From the human T2T-CHM13v2.0 reference genome, Homo sapiens, in assembly GCF_009914755.1 (NCBI RefSeq), contig NC_060928.1: 64,000 bases of DNA, one strand, 5' to 3'. A program made the position numbers and the translations under genes. Shown here piece by piece: positions 16,777-30,953 of this stretch. The notes below the pieces were generated by a model that saw only the letters and a program-made list of their open reading frames with translations, did not search any database and was not told the DNA's origin. How positions within the stretch are numbered: position 1 is the stretch's first letter; every line of letters starts with the position of its first letter.

Positions 16777-17825
16777 ATAGGAGCTTACTTAGCTGTATTG
16801 GGTATGAGTACTAGTTTTATTTTGATAAAAGTATGGTAATCATGATCCTTTCAGAGTTTAGGGCATTTAAAATCTTAATCTAGCTGTGGGTACACTGCAG
16901 GTATACGATAAATGTTTATTGAATGGGTAAATGAATTAAGCAACTTGTCTAATTACTTTTTCACAGAAATAGAAGGTGGTTTGACCTAATTAGATGAATT
17001 GACTGACTTTTGCTATCCTGGTGACTCAGTTTACAGGCTTGCAGAGGGCAAATGGTGATTTCTATGTTTGCCTGCATAGTTTTTGCTTGGTAGACTCTTG
17101 CCTCACTTAAACTATTTCTTGTGAATGCCGGACATGGTTTCTTAGCAGCAGAAATCAATAAACTAGAAAGAAATATACCCTGAGTTTTGGAACAATAAGA
17201 TAAACACTCTTTGTTTGTCACTGTTCCAAAGAAACAGACTTCAATTATGAAGCAGGTCACTTGGGTAAATAAGATTGCTTTAGCTTCTAGTAAAATAATC
17301 GAACAAGTGCTTTGTAGAAAAAAAAAACCCACTCTCATTTAAGTGTTGTAACGGACATGAAATATGAACAACAAACTGTCTATAATTATGAGAAACTAAT
17401 TTGATGGTTTTTTCCAAAAATAATTCAATTACTGAAGTCATAGTGAAAAGAAATAGAACAGATGTTTGATCCAATGTCTCATAAAATATTTTACTTAGCT
17501 ACATACAAATGAATTAAAATTGATTTTATGGATGCCAATTCAGGAGCAGAAATGCTATACAATAGAACCTCAAATTACTCAGGAGATTTATTTTGGAACA
17601 ATACTGTGTAATTTGGAATGGAGAAAGTTTATGGAAAATTGGAGAAAGGGATTAGTGACAAAGAATTGAAAACCATATGTTGCTTATGGGGATATTTAAA
17701 ATTTAGGAATTTAATGTTTTAAAAATATTTACTCAATAGAGTATTTACTCAGTATGGTATATGACTTAATGAACATGGGTAGAGACAGAGACCAAAGAAG
17801 AGGTATGGGAGCTATAGTGGTTTAA

Positions 17826-18115
<290 letters not shown>

Positions 18116-18570
18116 TCAAAAGATAACACCTGCCTCCCTGAATGTGAATGGACTTTGTGACTCACTTCTAAATAAGAAAATGTGGCAGAAATCACAAGCC
18201 ATTTGTGAGTCCAGGTCCTAAGAGACATTGCTGCCTCTGCCTGCTCTTGCTTGGATTCCCTCCCCTGAGGGAAGCTGGCCGCTATGACATCAGGACACTG
18301 AAGAAACCCTACAGGGAGGTCGGTGAGTGAGGAGGTGAAGCCTCCTGTGACAGCTGGCTCCAACCGACTAGCCATGTGAATGGGCCTGCGTCAATTCACA
18401 TCTTCAGAGGACTTTGGATGACTGCGGTCCTGGCTGGTGACCTGACTAAAGCCTCAGGAGAGACCTTGGGCTAGAACCACCCAGCTCAGATACTCTCAAA
18501 TTCCTGACCCACAAAAACTGTGAGATTATAAAGGCATATTACTGTTTTCAACAACCAAGTTTTGAGGTAA

Positions 18571-18575
18571 TTTTG

Positions 18576-18623
<48 letters not shown>

Positions 18624-18920
18624 TGAGACAGGATCCTGCTCTGTCACCCAGGCTGGAGTGCAGTGACCTGATCTTGGCTCACTGCAGCCTGCCCCTCCTG
18701 AGCTCAAGTGATCCTCCCACCTCACCTCCTGAGTAGCTGGGACTACAGACATACGCCACCACATCCGACTAATTTTTAAAATTTCCTTATAGTGTCTTTT
18801 TGTAGTGATGTGGGTCTCCTTATGTTGCCCAGGCTGGTCTTGAACTCCTGGGTGCAAGCTATCCTCCTGCCTTAGCCTCCCAGAGGTTGGGATTACAGGT
18901 GTGAGCCACCACACCCAGCC
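18571..18920 (-). mobile_element. AluJ with (TG)n tail (~18574-18620)
   Basis: J-type body. TSD aggtaa(t/c)tt. Confidence 0.92.
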
Positions 18921-20905
18921 CAAGGTAACTTCTTATGTAATAACAGGAGGTCACAAAATTCTAGTTATGCTGAATTTGAATTTTTACTTAGAAGTGACAT
19001 GGGAGCTTACCTAACATTAGTTATGTTTAATTAGGTTTTTTGGCGACCTGTTTTTAGGGTTGGAGACCAGTTTCATCAAATCAGGGTAGAGATTCTCCTG
19101 GTAGCGCTCTGGCACAGAGATTTGTGTGAGTGTATGAGTGCCAGTGGAGTTGGGGGCAGTGCTGGTAAACTTGGGAGAACTGAAGTGAGGCAGAAATCAG
19201 GTATGATTTTGAAGGTTTTTATCTAAAATATTCCTATCAATTTGAAATTTTCTGACTTGAGTTGTCATTAAAAAAGCAAATACATTTGGGAGGGTAAAAT
19301 TCATCAGTCATTTGCACCTCACTGCAGATAATTTGAACAGATAATGACTTTGCCCAACATGTGGCTAAAATATGGTGGAATGGGACTCCTGGGGAAGACA
19401 GGCTCAGAACAGGCAAGGGGGGATGGGTGCCTGGGAAGGGCCTTGCAGTTGATTCGGGGACCCAGACAGCAAGTTGAACATGAAGGGAACTGAGAACTCA
19501 GGGACTTTATTCCAAAAGACATGTAAAAAGAGAATAGGAGAAGAGAACAGATTTAAAAAAAATGCAACCATTGAAGTACAGGGGAGAAAAGAAAGAAAAA
19601 ATGTTTGAAGCTAAAGATCATCATCTCCTATTCTGAAATTTGTAATGGGGCCCTGTCATGGTTATATTTAGAATGCTGCTGAGATTCTTCTTGGTGCCCT
19701 TTTTGGCATATTCTCAAATGTGTCAACTCTGATGCTTGCCTTACCATGTGTGTATGAGGAAGAGTTCACTTCAGCTGTGATACCTGGGGCACAGTATGTG
19801 AAGTGTGTCCACACGTTGGAGTTGTCACTCTGATGCAGTGAAAGTCCTGGCTGAACCTTGTGTCCTTATGTGCCTCCTCATCTTAGCAATGTATCATATT
19901 CTGTCTGGCATGGTAATCATTACTCTATGTTCCTTCTTCCTCCCAGATTGTAGGCAAACTAGTGGTTGGGGCCCTGTCTCATCCAGTTTGGTGCTTCCTG
20001 GTGAACGTATGGGTATCATCTTGATATAAATATTTGCAGAATTGTGTTGACTATGGAAAACCACATTTAGTATTTTGTTGTAGCATTGAGCCAATATGGC
20101 TTTCTTGAAAGAGCCAGGTTTTAGAACTATCCAGTATTTGTCTAAGGTATACATTTATTAAATTTTAATCCTTAATGGGCATGCTTGCCTGAAGTGTACA
20201 TGAGGTGAGGATGAAGTATTGACTTTGTGGGGCCTAGTTAGGAAAATGAGATAAAATTGGAAGAAGAAAAAGAGGATGGAATAGCCCTTACCATGACATC
20301 GCCCCTAGAAAGTAGAATTAGAATAGGTATAAAAGAGAGGAGAGAGAAAGGATATGTGAGAGACAGAGGAGGAAAGTGGAGAAAAAGATGTAGATAAGGA
20401 GTGGAAAGTGATAGAAGATGAAATATGTAAATGAAGGACAGGGTAGAGATGTTATCGGGACAGTCAGAATATAAAATCCAGGACTGTCCCAATTAATGGA
20501 TATGCCATTGATTTTATTTAATGTTGTGTTCCTTTGCTTTTGGTTATAGGGAGTGGAAATGTAAACTACATTTAAAAAATCTTATTTTAAGGATATACAC
20601 GTACTGAACAAAGAGAGTAAAGTCAAGGAACCAGGTCACTCCAGTGGCCATCACTGGCCAGACCACTCAGATTCCCCAGTCCAAAATCTGAAGGGAGCCA
20701 GTCTGACTGGCTTTGCTAATCACGACCCTCTGATTGGACAGAGTTTTGTGGGCTGGGCCAGCTGGTCCTTGCTTGTGTCAATCCCCCATTTGGTGTTCAT
20801 CCCTGTGCGAAGAAGAGCCTGGGGCGGCTTTCTTGAGTAAGCAAGGGATCATTGTACACGTGAACAGTGCTGTGGCTGAAATGACCAATTTAAACATGAA
20901 TGATA

Positions 20906-21033
20906 AGCCGGGGTGTAGGCTCATGCCTGTACTCGTAGCTACTCAGGAGGCTGAGGCAAGAGGATTGCTTGAGCCTAGGAGTTTGAGACAAGCCTGGGCA
21001 ATATGGTGAGACCTCATTAAAAAAAAAAAAAAA
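20906..21033 (+). mobile_element. FLAM monomer
   Basis: Single Alu arm plus poly(A). Degenerate TSD aaa(c/t)atgaat(g/a)ataa. Confidence 0.85.
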
Positions 21034-21211
21034 CATAAAAAGGAAAAAATATGAATAATAATTTAAAAGGAAAAGAAAATAAAACCCTGAATCATATCTA
21101 CAGACAACCCACAGGCTTTAAGGAAGATCCAAACCTGTAATATAACAAGGAAGGCATTTGATATACTTGATAAAAAATGTTTTACTCTTTTTGCTTCTCT
21201 GTGAGACTCCT

Positions 21212-21766
21212 TGTATTACTCAATTTGGGCTTCGCTAATGAAATACTGCAGACTAGGGGGCATATGAACAACGTAAATTCATTTTTCACTCTTTTGGATG
21301 CTGAGTCTAAGAGCAAGATGCTGGCCGATTTGGTGTCTAGTGAGGCCCCCTTCCTGGTTCATAGATGGTGCCTTCTCACTGTAACCCCACAAGGGGGTGG
21401 GGTGAGGGAGCTCTCAGAGGTCTTTTCAGTCATGAGGGCACAGTCTAATTGCTACCAAAGGCCCCACCTCCTATTACAGTATCCCTTACCCAAATGCTTG
21501 GGACCAGAAATGTTTCTGATTTTGGAATATTTGCATTATACATATTTACCCATTGAGTACCCCAAATTTGAAAATCAGAAATCTTGAAATGCTCCAATGA
21601 GCATTTCCTTTGGGCATCATGTTAGCACTCAAAAATTGCAGATTTTGGAGCATTTCAGATTTCAGATTTTCAGATTTGGGTGGCTTGGCCTGTTCTACCA
21701 CATTGGGGGGTTAGAATTTCAACCTGTGAATTTTGGGGGAGGCATGCAAACCTTCTGTCTATAGCA
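21212..21766 (-). mobile_element. MLT1A-like MaLR LTR
   Basis: gatttggtgtctagtgaggccc; tgtgaattttggggga...ctatagca. Confidence 0.8.
21477..21692 (+). mobile_element. Tigger4a (MER46A) inside the MLT1A
   Basis: atcccttacccaaatgcttgggaccagaa...aaatgctccaatgagcatttcctttg. Inserted at TA. Confidence 0.85.
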
Positions 21767-23044
21767 CCTTTACATTATTTTATAAATTCACCTTTAACTT
21801 GTTTCAGATTTTTCTCAGTACTTTAAATCTTACGCCATATGCGCTGGGTGATTTTTCAACTTTTAAATGGGCCCTGTTCTCTTGAAAATAAATGGGAAAT
21901 AGATTCTTGGAAATAAAACATCAGTCTTTTCTGACTTCTTGGGTGGGTGAGCAGAAACAGACGATTCCATACCTGACATCTGCTTCCTTTAATACCCTCC
22001 AGGGTGTTTGCCCTATGTCTCTCAAAACTCAAACCACGTCAAAATCACCTCAAACCACATCAGACTTTTCAGGGCTGGTAAATGCTCCCACAGCATAAAT
22101 AGTTGTTCCTGTCAAATCGGTTGGACTGTGTCTTAGGGGAAGACAATATTAATGTCTTTTTCTTTACACCTTTACAAGCAAAAATTCACTAAGGCAAGAG
22201 GCAAGTCATAGAAACATATTTCTCCGGTGTGCTTTTGTTGTCATGTTACTGGAAATAAATATCTCTGATGCTGTAGTTGCTGGTATAATGAAAATCTAAG
22301 TAGATGATGGTGTTTATATTGCAGGTGCTAAGGGCCTCTCACACTGGCACTGGCACTGTGAACTCATTGAGTTTTCTTGTGTTCTTACTAGCTGATAATA
22401 GGGTCATTCTTCTCAGGGTCCCAGTGGCTGTAGAGAGCTGTTTGTGGGAAGCCATTATGTGACAGGTTTGAGAAGATCTAGGCAAGGGCAGGCCCCAAAA
22501 GATAGAGGACTACAATTTACATTTATTGCCTGCCTTGCCTCAGGTGCCTGGCATGATGTCTCAATCCCAGAAGCTCTTGAAAAGTAAAAGGCAGCCACAG
22601 GCAAACAGGGGAAACAGAAACAATCTGTTAAACGCAAAGGTGTTTACTTAGCATCCCAGCCTCAGAAATGCTCACATCCCACTAGGGGGACAGAAGGGAG
22701 CTTATGGAAACATATTGTGAGTGGAGCAGACAGAGTGTCATGATTTTCAAAAATCTGCTGTAACCTTCTGGTTCAGTTTTTGTTTCCCTGAGGGCAACGG
22801 AGTGAGATTTTGTATTTTTCCTTATTTAGAAATTCACATCCAGATAAAGCATCCCTTGACTCTATGAGTGAATATCTGGAGAGAATGCTTATGTGTCCAG
22901 TGTGAGAATGACTTTGGAATCCAAGATATGTTGATTGATGATGGAGAGTATGCTTAGCCAGTATTGAGGCAGTTTATCCAGCTGTTAGAACAGGATTATT
23001 TTTTTGATGACATGTGACTCATCCTTTGACATCCGTGAAAGAGA

Positions 23045-23240
23045 GCGCATAGTGGTTAAAAGCACCGACTTGGGAGCCAGGCTGCCTGGCTTCAATCCCT
23101 GCTCTGCCACCTACAAGGTATGTGATCCTGGGCAAGTTATTTAATCTCTTTGTGTCTCAGTTTCCTCATCTTGACAAAAGTCAAGGTTTGTAAATGGCTC
23201 AGACTGGCTCTGGTGTCTGGTAAGTGCTGTATAAGCATGT
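23045..23240 (+). mobile_element. MIR
   Basis: gcatagtggttaaaagc...gggcaagttatttaatctctttgtgtctcagtttcctcatc. Confidence 0.85.
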
Positions 23241-24638
23241 GTTACACACAGACATATGCATATACGCAAATACTTGATGCTATTCTGGCTATGTCATCAG
23301 CCAACTTCTGTAGCTACATGCTCAGTCTTTCATCTGTAAAGTAAAGGGGGTGGACTAAACTCCATTCTAGTTGTATGGTCTATGATTCTAGGTCATGGTG
23401 TTTGGAATTGGTGGTAAAATTACAAAGAATATTATGGAAATGACAATCAGCAACCATAATGAATCATCTTTAGGAATAGGTGTTGATGATTCAAATATAT
23501 TTCCATTCTCCCAGTATTTGAAAGTATGGGATGGTATGTGGGTAATCTTGGATTCAGGAGTTTATATCTACATAGGTATCTGCTAGATAAAAAGGAACAG
23601 ATAAGCTCTCATCAACTATGAGATATTTTTCCATCACAAATGAAAACTTTATGACCCAGACTGTGTAAAGCCTGGCTAACGTTAAGATTAGGAAATATCT
23701 ATACTTTAATCAGAAGAAAGAAAAAGCCAAAGATTTAAAAATAGCAGGGCGGCTTAGCAACTCTCTAGGCTAAGCTGAGTGTGTAGTTGAGATACAGGTT
23801 GTTAAGCAAACTTTCACTGATACCCTCAGGGAAGAAATTGTGAAATAAGGCAACTGAGCAGGGATTTTTCAAAAAGAGTAAGATAAATTTCACAATATCT
23901 GGAGAATTTAGTTCTCATAAAATTGAAAAAAATTTAAAATCTCAAGTTGAATGGAAAAAGAGATACAGCTCAAAGGACAAGACTATTTCACTGAAAAAAG
24001 AATGATGTACCTTGTAACATAACTTAAATAAATTCTGAGTATCTTTAGGACTCTTAAAATATTTTTTCATTTTCTTTTCCTTTTATTCTTCAGTTGTTAT
24101 AAGATGTGTGTTTTAAGTATGACCTTAGCTTTGTTAGTTGCTTTGAGCTCTTTACAAAGAAAAGAACATTGCTGAAAAGAGCCATGAATAAATAAGAAGT
24201 CAGTATAGATTTGCAAATATTTTCTAAAGGTCTAAGGGTCACTGAAGTATTGGAAAATGGGAAAAGGGAGCAGATTAAAAAAAAAGCATCAACAAAAAGT
24301 GAAAACTTTAAGAGAGGATACACAGAGAAGCAGAAAACTTAATTAAATTAAAGTTTACTGAAAGGGTCAAGATGTTATAAGAACCGCATCAACTAGAAAG
24401 ACCTTTGAGAGAGAAAGAGGCATACCAATAAATAAAAAGCAGAGTTGTGATAAGACTTTAAATGGATAAGGCTGTGAACTTACTGTTCTCTGAACAGGCT
24501 GACTTTCAAAGCCTAGGCAAGGTCTTTACTATTACAAAGTCATGAGGACCTTCTTAAAAAGCCTTGAATATTGTATTCAGTTTGAGGCATTTCACTGCCA
24601 GGAAAATGAAGGCAAACAGAGATGGGAATTCAGAGTTT

Positions 24639-24641
<3 letters not shown>

Positions 24642-24689
<48 letters not shown>
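24642..24689. repeat. (CA)~24 microsatellite
   Basis: Read directly from the sequence. Confidence 0.98.
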
Positions 24690-24690
<1 letters not shown>

Positions 24691-26109
24691 AAAAATATTT
24701 CAGGGTCTATGGAGAATTGACTTTTCAAGAGAAAGTATGAATAAAAAGAATAAATAATAGCTTCACTTGCAAAGTCTAAAGAGAGGAAGGTTATCACCTT
24801 CCTGTTGTATGCGCCTAAAATTTGACAGTGTGAAATTACGAGGTAACAGATATTCTCATTTAAATCCTGTGAACTTATTTAGTCAATGGTTTGACTCTAC
24901 CTTTCACTTTAGGTTACAGACATTTATTTATCAATATTTGTTTTTTACATAGGACATTTATAAACCCATACACACGTACATATACACATCCATATAGCCA
25001 ATAAGTGTCCAATCTTCCTTCCCTTTCCCTGCATTTTCTTTTATTGATGACCTCTGAGTCTACTGTACATTTGTAGCTTCCCTATAAATTTCTCTAAAGA
25101 GATGTAAGGACCACACATTTGATTGGCTGAACTTGAGCTTGCCCATCTCAGCTCCAGCTAAAGTGAGCTGTTGTTATTATTCATAGGGGTGTCCAATACA
25201 ATTGCTTTAAAGGTTCACTTTTGCTCACAGGGGATTATTGAGTGGGGCAGGGTGGGGAGTGAGATATTGCTAGTCATTACAATACTAAGGGAATTCTATA
25301 TATGCTATCATTTTACTTTAGCTGTGAGAAAGATGAGAAAGTAAAAGAAACTTGAGATCCACTGAAATAAATTATTTAACACAAATGAACAGGTAAGAGG
25401 CTCAAAATATGTGGATTAAATATCGTTGCTGCAGAAATATTACTGTTTTCTCCCATTTCTACCTATTACTTTGTCATTCTCTTCCCTACACGAAATCCAA
25501 GCCTTTTACATCATAGGTGCACCAAATAAAAAGGTATTCAATAGACAAATGCTAGTGGTTTTACAGATAGAGTGGTCTAGGGAGGATAGGGTGTTGAGTT
25601 TTGAAATGGGAGGATGTTTTTAACCTTATTTAAAATCCTTTCTGGCTGTGTAAGCCATAGATCATGGTGTGCTATGCTTGGGCATCTATGTATGTTCCAT
25701 CAATGAGAGCGCTGGGCTGAGAAGTTAAGCAAATGTTGTTTTGTGCTGCCAGCTGGGCTTCAAAATATGGCAGTCCCTGTGTTTATTGCCGACTAGTATT
25801 TTTCAAGAAAATATAAAAATTGTCATCTTCTCTGTCAGCATGAGACCTCTGAATCATTAAGACTCACCAGCACAGACTGTAACAAAAAGATGTTTTCCTT
25901 TGCTATGGATTTAACCATTTTATGGGTAGGTGTTTTCAAAAAACTCTGCATTTAATGCAATAAAGATGACATTTAATGCACAACAGGTATTAGTGGAAGT
26001 TATCACAACTAAATCAAGGTGAGATGAATCGTGGAAAGTGGCAGTCACAGTTTGATAACTGGAATTAAACGCAGAAATCCAAGTTAGAGAAGGCAGTAAC
26101 AGCTCCTAC

Positions 26110-26128
26110 TGACCAGCAGGGGTCACCC
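26110..26128 (+). promoter_or_regulatory. Candidate CTCF motif
   Basis: tgaccagcaggggtcaccc versus core CCASYAGRKGGCRS (one mismatch). Motif match only. Confidence 0.35.
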
Positions 26129-26896
26129 AATAACCAGAAAACAGATATGAGGCTTGTCGGTTCTCAGCACTGAAACGCAGGGGAAACACTCCGGTGCGAG
26201 GTCTCAGGCTGCCCTGCGGAGTCACACACAGAACTCACTCATAATCCTAACTCAAAACCAAAACACAGCAATTCACTTCCCAGAAATGATGTTCTTCACT
26301 GGGTAAAGGGAGAAAACCTCAGGGCCAACTCTGGAGCTCTGCTACATGTATGGGAGTGAAGAATAATGGACTCAGTTGGGAGTGGAGGTTGTACCCGATG
26401 ACATAAATAGAGGAAAGTGGAAGATACCTAAGGGGGAGAAACTCCCTGTTGAGTTCAGATGCTCTTGATCTAACTTCAGAGACCCAGAACAGAGAGGCCA
26501 GCCTCCAGTCAGGCTTCCTTTGCTGTCTTCAAGTACAGAACATTAAAACCTGTTCCTGGCCCCTTATATTTCAAACATTTTTGTAAAATGCATTTTTAAA
26601 ACATCAGAAAAGTTCAGATTACCAGGTTTTCCCCACAATGATTCTTCCATTCTTCTTACAGCTACTCTGTGCTTCCTTTTCTCTTCAATGTCTGCTATAA
26701 AGAAACGTGTGCCCTATCGATTCTTTGTCTTTGGATTCCTGAATACATTCCCTGAAAGGACCTTCAGAGGGAAGGATCAGTAATAAAAGTAGCAGCTAAC
26801 ATTCTTGAGAGAGGATGGTGTCATGCTCTGCCCTAAGCTATCAGTGAACACGTGTATGTCTGATAACTTTCAAAAGGGCCTTATGATGTCGACACC

Positions 26897-27189
<293 letters not shown>

Positions 27190-27499
27190 GACGTTGACAC
27201 CATTTCAAGGATGGCGAAATGGAGGTTCACAGGCTGATGCAAATTCCTAATTCCCCTGCTGTTTGACTGTAAATCTCAGGTCAAAGAGGACAAAGAAACA
27301 TTAAAATTCAACCATTTCGACTACCTGCCTGATGCTCGAATACTTTCTATGGCATCTCTGTTAGCTGGTCATATGTTGTTATAGTTATACATTGCTGAGA
27401 TGGGGACTCATAAGTCTTCTTCATTTGAACAGCTCTGGCTGTAAGAGGGCTCTGCCTTATAGTCAGATGGAAGAAAGCATCTAATAACTAGTCTTTTTA

Positions 27500-27790
27500 C
27501 TGACTGGAGCATATTCTCCTCCTACTGGGTCAACGCAAGAAGACTGATTTCCCTTCAGGGTAGTCCTTCATACATTTGAAGGGAGTTACTCTGAATCTCT
27601 CAGGTTTTCTCTTTATTAAATGCACTAAGATCCCCCAGAGATCTTTATTACATTGTTTAAGTATGATATCATTTTCAATCTTTCCTACATCTGAATGAAT
27701 TACATTGGTTCATGTTCTTCTGAACATGTGGTTCCCAGAGCAGGGTGAGGCTAGTGTGCCGAGGGGTCTGTCATCTCTTTTTTTCAAGAT
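27500..27790 (-). mobile_element. L3/CR1 fragment
   Basis: ccttcatacatttgaagg...atgtggttcccagagc resembles antisense L3. Confidence 0.45.
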
Positions 27791-29830
27791 ATTATGCTTT
27801 GATTGATGCCTGTTTTCTAAGAAACACACAAATTTCTTATTTTGTTTCTACTTGTGTATTTTCTTCTCATTTCCCAGAAATGATATTTTTTTTTGCTGGG
27901 TTCTTAGATAAAAAATGCACAACTATATAATGAAAATTAATTTAGTGACAGCTAACAAAAGGCAAAGACATTTTTGTAAACATTAGTTTCAGTGGTAGAT
28001 AATGGCAGGATTCAACCTCTCAAAACATTAATTGACTTTCCTTATAACATCATGTGCCAATGGTGCTTTACAAATCATGGTGAACACATTTTGCTGGGTT
28101 GAAATGATAGTCATTTTTGTGTTCATCCCTAGTTTAGGATTTTAGCACTAAATTCCTAGCCAGTTATCACTGTACTTTTATGAAAACTCTTGTTTAAATA
28201 ACTTTAGATGTATCGATTGTAGAAATAATATGCTACAACCATTGCCTTCTTATGAACAGTTAACAAGTATAATTTAAAAAACTACTCAGCTCTCCCAGGA
28301 GAGTGTTTTGAACAAGTTGGAAAACAGAATTAAACAGGATATCATGCAAAGTGGGTGGCTTAGTTAATGTTTCTATTTTCTTTCTATGGGACTCTTAGAA
28401 TATTATATGCAAACAATCTGAGCTAAGGTTGCATAAGATGTCAAATCAAAGTTATTCAAGTTATTTTATAGACATTAAAAAGCACCTTGCATTATCATTC
28501 TCAAATTTCGTAAGTGGACAAAAATCTATTTGCACATAGTTGCACCCAGATGACATAAATTTTTAATGTGGTTAAACTCCATTTGAATATATGCCAAGAT
28601 AGAAGCAATGATTAGCTTATTTTGAAAATTACCACTTTAATCTTTCCCATTACTGGATAGCCTCTAACAAAGAGACAGCCTTTCTGACCTCTTAAATAGT
28701 CATAAAATTGAAGATCTCAGCTTGACTTTTAGACCTTCTGCTGACCCAAGGCAAATTAGACCTGCTTCAGGACTTGACTTGAAAGATACTGAGCAAATAC
28801 TTAGAGGAGTGATTATAGAGTTTAAGCCCCAGAGTAGAAGAAAATAGAGAACATGAGTTAAGAAACATTTTTCTGCCCATAAAGGGAGAGGAGCCATAAG
28901 AATGTAAAAAAGAAAGATTAAGAGGGATGGAAGTTGGCATTAGGTGGTGCCTGCATATCTCAAAAGGGATTTGGTGCCATAGCTCTTTGGGTCTCAAATG
29001 AGACTGGCTATGAAAAGGCTAACACTTCAGATAAATTGAAAGGGCATCCAAACAAAATAGATACCTGTACTCACCTGAAATCCAAAGAATAGGCACTCTT
29101 ACTGCTATAGTTTTAATGTGTCCCCCCGAAAGCATGTGCTAGGAACTTAATCCTAAATGCAAAAGTATTGGGAGGTGGGGTCTAATAGGAAGTGTTTAGG
29201 GCATGAGGGCCCCACCCTCACGAATAAATTAATGCAGACTATAAAAGAACTTGAGGCACTGGTTTGATCTCTTGTTTTATGTCATTGTCCTTTCTTTGCC
29301 CTTTTGCTATGAGATGATGCAGCAAGAAGGCCCTCACAAGATGCCAGCCCTTCTATCTTGGACTTCTCAGTCTCCAGAACCATGATCCAATAAACTTCTG
29401 TTCATTGTAAATTACCCAGTTTGTGGTATCCTGTTATAGCAGCACAAGACCAATTAAGATAAAAAATTGGTACCAAAAAGTGGAGCTGTTGCTATGACAA
29501 ATGCCTGAAAATGTGAAAATGTGGAAGCAGTTTTGAAATTGGGTTATGGAGAAAAGCTGGAAGAGTTGGAGAAGTAGGCTAGAATAAGCCTTTGTTTCCA
29601 TACCTGGTGCGTTAAGGGTGTTTGAGGGCTTGGAAGAAGAGAAGAACTGTAGGAAAAGTGTGAAACTTCTTCAAGGTTACTTAAGTGGTCATGATCAGAA
29701 TGTTGGTAGAAACATGGATAGTAAAGGCCATTCTAATGAGATCTCTGATGGAAATGTGTAATGCCTTATTTGAAAGTGGAGAAATGACCTTTTCTATTAC
29801 AAGTGGCAAGTAAATTGGCTGAAATGTGTC

Positions 29831-30953
29831 TGTGTTAGCCTGTTTTTTTTTTTTTTTTTTTTACACTGCTATAAAGAAATACTTGAAAATGTGGAAGTGG
29901 CTTTGAATCAGATAATGGGCAGAGCTTGGAAGAGTCTGGAAGCCTCAGAAGAAGACAGGAAAAAAAGGTAAAGTTTGGAACTTCTTAGAGACTTGTGAAG
30001 TGGTTGTGACCAAAATGCTGGTAGAAATATGAACAGTGAAGGCCAAACTGATGAGGTCTCACATGGAACTGAGAAACTTATTGGGAACTGGAGCAAAGTT
30101 CACCCTTGTTATGCCTTAGCCAAGAGCTTGATTGCATTGTGTCTATGCCCTAGGGATCTTTGGAAATTTGAATTTAAGAGTGATGACTTAGGGTACATGG
30201 TGGAAAAAATTTCTAAGCAGCAAAACATTTAAGATGTGGCCTGGATGCTCCTTAGAGCCTACAATCAGATGTAGGAGCAAATAAATGTCTTAAAGTGTAA
30301 AAGGGAAGCAGAGTGTAAAATTTTGGAAAATTTGCAGGCTAGCCATGTGTCAGAGAAATAAAAAGCATCTTCAGGAGAGGACTACAAGCAGGCTGTGGAG
30401 TAACTACTTGCTAGAGAGATTAGCATGACTCAGAGGAAGCCAAGTGCTAATATCCAAGACAATGGGAAAAAGTCCTAAAAGGCATTTCAGATATCTTTGA
30501 GGCAGCCCCTCCCATCAGAGGACAAGAGGCCTAGGAGGAAAGAATGGTTTCATGGGTCAGGCCCAGGATGCTGCTGCCCTGTTCAGCCTTGGGACAATGA
30601 TCTCCACATCCTGGCTGCTCAGGCTCCAGCCTTAGCCCAAAGAGCTCCAGATCCTGCTTAAGCCACCACTTTTGAGAGTGCAAACTGCAGTAAGTCTTTG
30701 TGGCTTCCACATGGTGTTAAGTGTATGGGTGTGTGGGATGCAAGAGTGAAGAAGGCTGGCAGCTTCCACCTAGATTTTCAAAGCCCGAGTGTCAAGACAG
30801 AAGCCTGTCATGGGGCAAAACCCCCACACAGAACCTCTACTAGGACACTGCTAAGGGAAAATGTGGTACTGGAGCTCCCAACTGGTCACACCTCCAACAC
30901 TGGTGATTACATTTAGATATAAAATTTGGATGGGACAAACATCCAAACTATCA
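29831..30953 (-). mobile_element. Nested MSTA/B-type element with antisense LTR ends and a sense internal segment
   Basis: TSD gtgtc at 29826-29830 and 30954-30958. LTR ends tgtgttagcc... and ...acatccaaactatca. Confidence 0.8.

Noticed and set aside
20250-20500. Purine-rich stretch and short gggacagtc/gactgtccc inverted repeat
   Set aside because: Low complexity, possibly a decayed hAT remnant; too short to call.
22678-22694. CTCF-like ccactagggggaca
   Set aside because: Lacks the conserved GGC at the 3' end of the core.
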